This document shows, in pieces, positions 60,738-64,000 of a stretch of 64,000 nt of DNA. The stretch's first letter is position 1, and every line of letters starts with the position of its first letter. The position numbers and the translations under genes are program-made. This DNA comes from Tubulanus polymorphus. Lineage: Eukaryota > Animalia > Nemertea. The DNA lies in the NCBI RefSeq assembly GCF_964204645.1, contig NC_134026.1, positions 6,285,950-6,349,949 of the forward strand, read 5' to 3'. Below the pieces are notes generated by a model. That model worked only from the letters and a program-made list of their open reading frames with translations. It had not been told where the DNA came from and searched no databases.

Positions 60738-63700
60738 TTACAGTTTAGTAGTGACGTCGTCATTCTGCGAACTCAATAACAGTTGATTCGATTTCAAAGC
60801 GTCGACACCGTTTACCGTCACGTGTTCCAGACGATCGTTCGGTTGTAGATTGGGAACGTTGTTCTTTTCGATACCGAACAGGTGCGGACGAACTGTGTTC
60901 TTCAATTTCTAGAAAAAACATGAAAATAAAAAATGTCACATGAACGAATCACCTGACTAATAATTATGACAGAAGACTCCTCCGGCCTTACTTACTGACA
61001 GCTCAAAATCGGTGAATCTTAATACTTTTTTTTTTTAATTAAAAATTATAACATATACAAAATATGTAATATATACAATAGTGAATTCTAATCAAATCTA
61101 TTTGGTAATACTTTAACTCGGTGAGATATTTACTCTCCTAATGCTACTGAGTAAGATAGAGTCTACTGTATTAGAGACCCTATTTTGAGCAGCTGAACAT
61201 CTTAAGATATTAACAGATATTAACATATTAAGATGGCTAAATCAAGTCCCCAATTTTTGAACTTCATTTAAATACTGTAAACTTTGTAGTCCACTTTATC
61301 AAAAGCTCTTGTTTATCTTTCGAGTGATATTGGCTCAATAACAAATGAACCTTGAAACAACAACAAGATAAGTTCAGATTGCTTTCCAAGTAGAACAGAT
61401 TTGCTGAACGAATTACTATTCAATTTTCATCAATCAAACATTGATTCTTTAAGAATGAAAATCAGCTAACAATCAGTAGTCTAAATCAATTCATCATATC
61501 AGGGTTCTTGCCGGTTTCCCAAATTCATATTCCTAGATTTTTCCACACCAGCATTATAAATTCATCGTGCCCCTAAGTTACACATTGCCAACCTTAAGGG
61601 GCAATGTAGGGCCATTCAAAGTAAATAAGTAACTATCATCAAAACCATTGACATTTTCATAAAGTTTGTTATCAAATGTGAAGACATTTAATTAGGTATA
61701 TAGCCGGCCTAAAATTCAAAATAGGATAACTTTATTTTGATACCATTTTCTGCTTTTCCATAGCCATAATAGAGAAAATTACAAAATTATCATAGCTTTT
61801 CAAGGGCCTGGAAAAAAAATCAGATTTTCCAAAACCCGTAAGAACCCTGTCATACCGCCCACATCGGTGATTTAGGACTTTGGTGGTATATAGAGTATGG
61901 TGGCATATGAGGGGGTTAATTATGATTAGTTCCAAGATAAAATACAGGGGTCAGTTGTACAGTTGTGACTATAAAGTCGGTCTTAATACTAATTCATGAC
62001 AGTGCATCTGTTCAGAAAGATCCAGGTGTTAGGTGGAGATGATGGTTAATCGGGGGTTGATTGTATTTGTAGGTTGAATTAGAGTAAGCTCACCTTAATC
62101 AGAGTTTTTCCACTGGACTGAATGAAAGCATGGATTGCTCCGGCCGGAATACAAATAATGGAACAAACCGCGATCATCCATCCTAGAGCTTCTCCCCACG
62201 TCGGATACGTGTACCAGTCACCTTTACCATACGTAACCATCTTATACTGGACCCAACCAAATATCCAAATAGCCTGAATTAGAGTTTTCATCGGATTAAG
62301 TCATCACATAACTAATGAGTCATCTATATTTTTTTAGTCTCAATCGGCTTTTGCAATTCAAGTAACTACCGTAAGTGAAAGTTGCGAAAGGATAAGTTGT
62401 CAACAGAATGTTTGTCACAACTACAACGACTTAAGTGAGTTCAAATGATTCATTCAAAACCTCCATACTTTATGTAAAAAACTGCAGGACAAAGTTCTAT
62501 CCGAAAGTTACCGGTTAAATTTGATCCATTTTCAGTGTCTAAATCCAGTTTCAGCGTCTCAACTGAGAATTGTGGGACTGAAGCCTCAACATCATATCTA
62601 AAATTGGTACTTACCAAAATCAAAGCTGGTGAAAAGAAATACCAACAAACTTTAAAGAAAAGCTGTGGTTCTCTTCCCGTCATTTCTTTAACGTTGCGAG
62701 CCAGTTTGTTAGCTCCTACATAAAATACAAAAATGGGAATTAAACATCGATTTACAAACGACAGGGAACGTTTAAAGATATCTACGTCGTCTCATACGAA
62801 CCGTAAACCCAGGTTATAGCTACGACTTCAAAAAATGCCAGATACATGAGAGAAATACCGGCGGCAAAATAATCAATCAACTGGAAAAAGTAGATTCCTC
62901 CCTAAAATATAAATATAATATCATGATGAGTAACTTTTTACGAGCAGTCCTGAATTATGATTAAAACTGACAGAAACTCCTTTGAATTACTGAAATCACA
63001 AATATTATTTCTATAGGTTGACAATGTATGATAACTCCAGTTTCACAAAGAAGTTAAAAAATTGATTCGCAATTAACTGAATTGATGGACTAATTAAATC
63101 GATTAGTGCTGTTACTTTTCCGTGAAATCGAGCCTCCATTCTTCGGTTAAAACTTACATTGGTGATATTAGGCAGTCCCAGCAGGAAGGCTATAATACAA
63201 ACTATCAGAACCACTATCTCCTTACGCTTCAGATATTTCTTAGCCTTGTCCCCAAGTTGATCTTGTAAAGTGGTGCAGATGACTTCAACCATACAAAACT
63301 ATCACGAAACAAGAGACAAACTAGAGACGGAAATTCAGAGAGGTTTTACCTATCGAGAAGCGCATTTTGTCTTTACCTGACTGTCGATGCCCAGACAGAT
63401 TAACATGATGAAGAATAAAGTCGCCCATAGCTGTGAGACGGGGAGAGTGGTGAACGCTTCCGGGTAGACAACAAACACAAGACCAGGACCTAGAAAAATA
63501 AAAACAACAATCCATCGTCAAATACTCCATGATATAAAAACGGACGCTGATCCTCGGTTAGACGAATTCAATCGGTAGTCTTCCCGCCACTCACGCCAAA
63601 AATACGTAATCAACCGAAAGAAGAATTTATGAAAGACGAAGAATTAAGACTAATTTGAGCGTGAAAATCAGTGCAAGATTGACGATCGAGAAGTGTTGAA

Positions 63701-63939
63701 CAAGTTGAACCAGTACGACACGCTGTCTCGTGGTCGCAGCCAAAACTTTTTAACTATTTCTTTTTTCACGTTTTTGTTTGTTTGTTTGTTTTTGCGTTCA
63801 CACGATTAGTTTACCTTGGGCGACAACATCTACAACTTCTTGGCCTTGGTTTTCCGCAATGTAACCGAGTATGGAGAAAATGACAAAACCGGCGAGAATG
63901 CTTGTAGCCGAGTTGATTAATGAGACGGTCATCACGTCT
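60738..63939 (-). CDS. ine: SLC6 Na+/Cl- dependent transporter, inebriated (INE) subfamily; 3' seven exons (about TM7-TM12 and C-terminus), 5' part beyond the window
   Basis: Exons 63939-63815 ([19 protein letters not shown]), 63489-63377 ([18 protein letters not shown]), 63298-63158 ([19 protein letters not shown]), 62901-62802 ([14 protein letters not shown]), 62715-62615 (NVKEMTG..CW), 62273-62094 (YTYPTW..GW), 60908-60738 (ends DDVTTKL*). EIVVL..C..G.PNI..GGIY.FQL and NVK.MTG resemble Drosophila Ine as I recall it. Minus-strand AATAAA at 57955-57960. Confidence 0.9.
61500..61848. mobile_element. hAT-like MITE in an SLC6 intron
   Basis: TIRs CAGGGTTCTT(G)C / GTAAGAACCCTG. Confidence 0.55.
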
Positions 63940-64000
63940 CTGTGTACAAATAAATCATCATCTAATTACAGTTAGAAATACATACACACAATACATTTAA

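Overview
Eukaryotic (animal, most likely invertebrate bilaterian) genomic DNA: AT-rich, intron-rich, GT-AG introns, so most of the supplied ORFs are exon fragments or noise. Four spliced protein-coding genes were reconstructed by hand from splice sites and reading phase. (1) + strand, 8191-20887, first exon unresolved: a single-pass membrane protein with a SUEL/galactose-binding lectin domain, a CUB domain, a stalk, a TM helix and a long Tyr/Pro-motif cytoplasmic tail. (2) + strand, 27844-39803: a complete TAO kinase (17 coding exons, about 902 aa), with a candidate 36-nt microexon and uORFs. (3) + strand, 48485-56321: a secreted group III phospholipase A2-fold protein (5 exons, about 286 aa) that keeps the disulfide scaffold but has lost the Ca2+ loop glycines and the catalytic His/Asp/Asp/Tyr residues. 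This probable pseudoenzyme is the most interesting item. (4) - strand, 60738-63939, 5' end outside the window: an inebriated (INE)-type SLC6 transporter. The rest holds a 5'-truncated LINE inserted into another repeat, many MITEs (piggyBac-, Harbinger-, hAT- and pogo-like, several nested), Penelope-type hammerhead-ribozyme-like cores, tRNA-derived SINE heads and several tandem arrays whose units are hairpins. No rRNA, bona fide tRNA or CRISPR was found. All family assignments come from recalled motifs, not from database searches.
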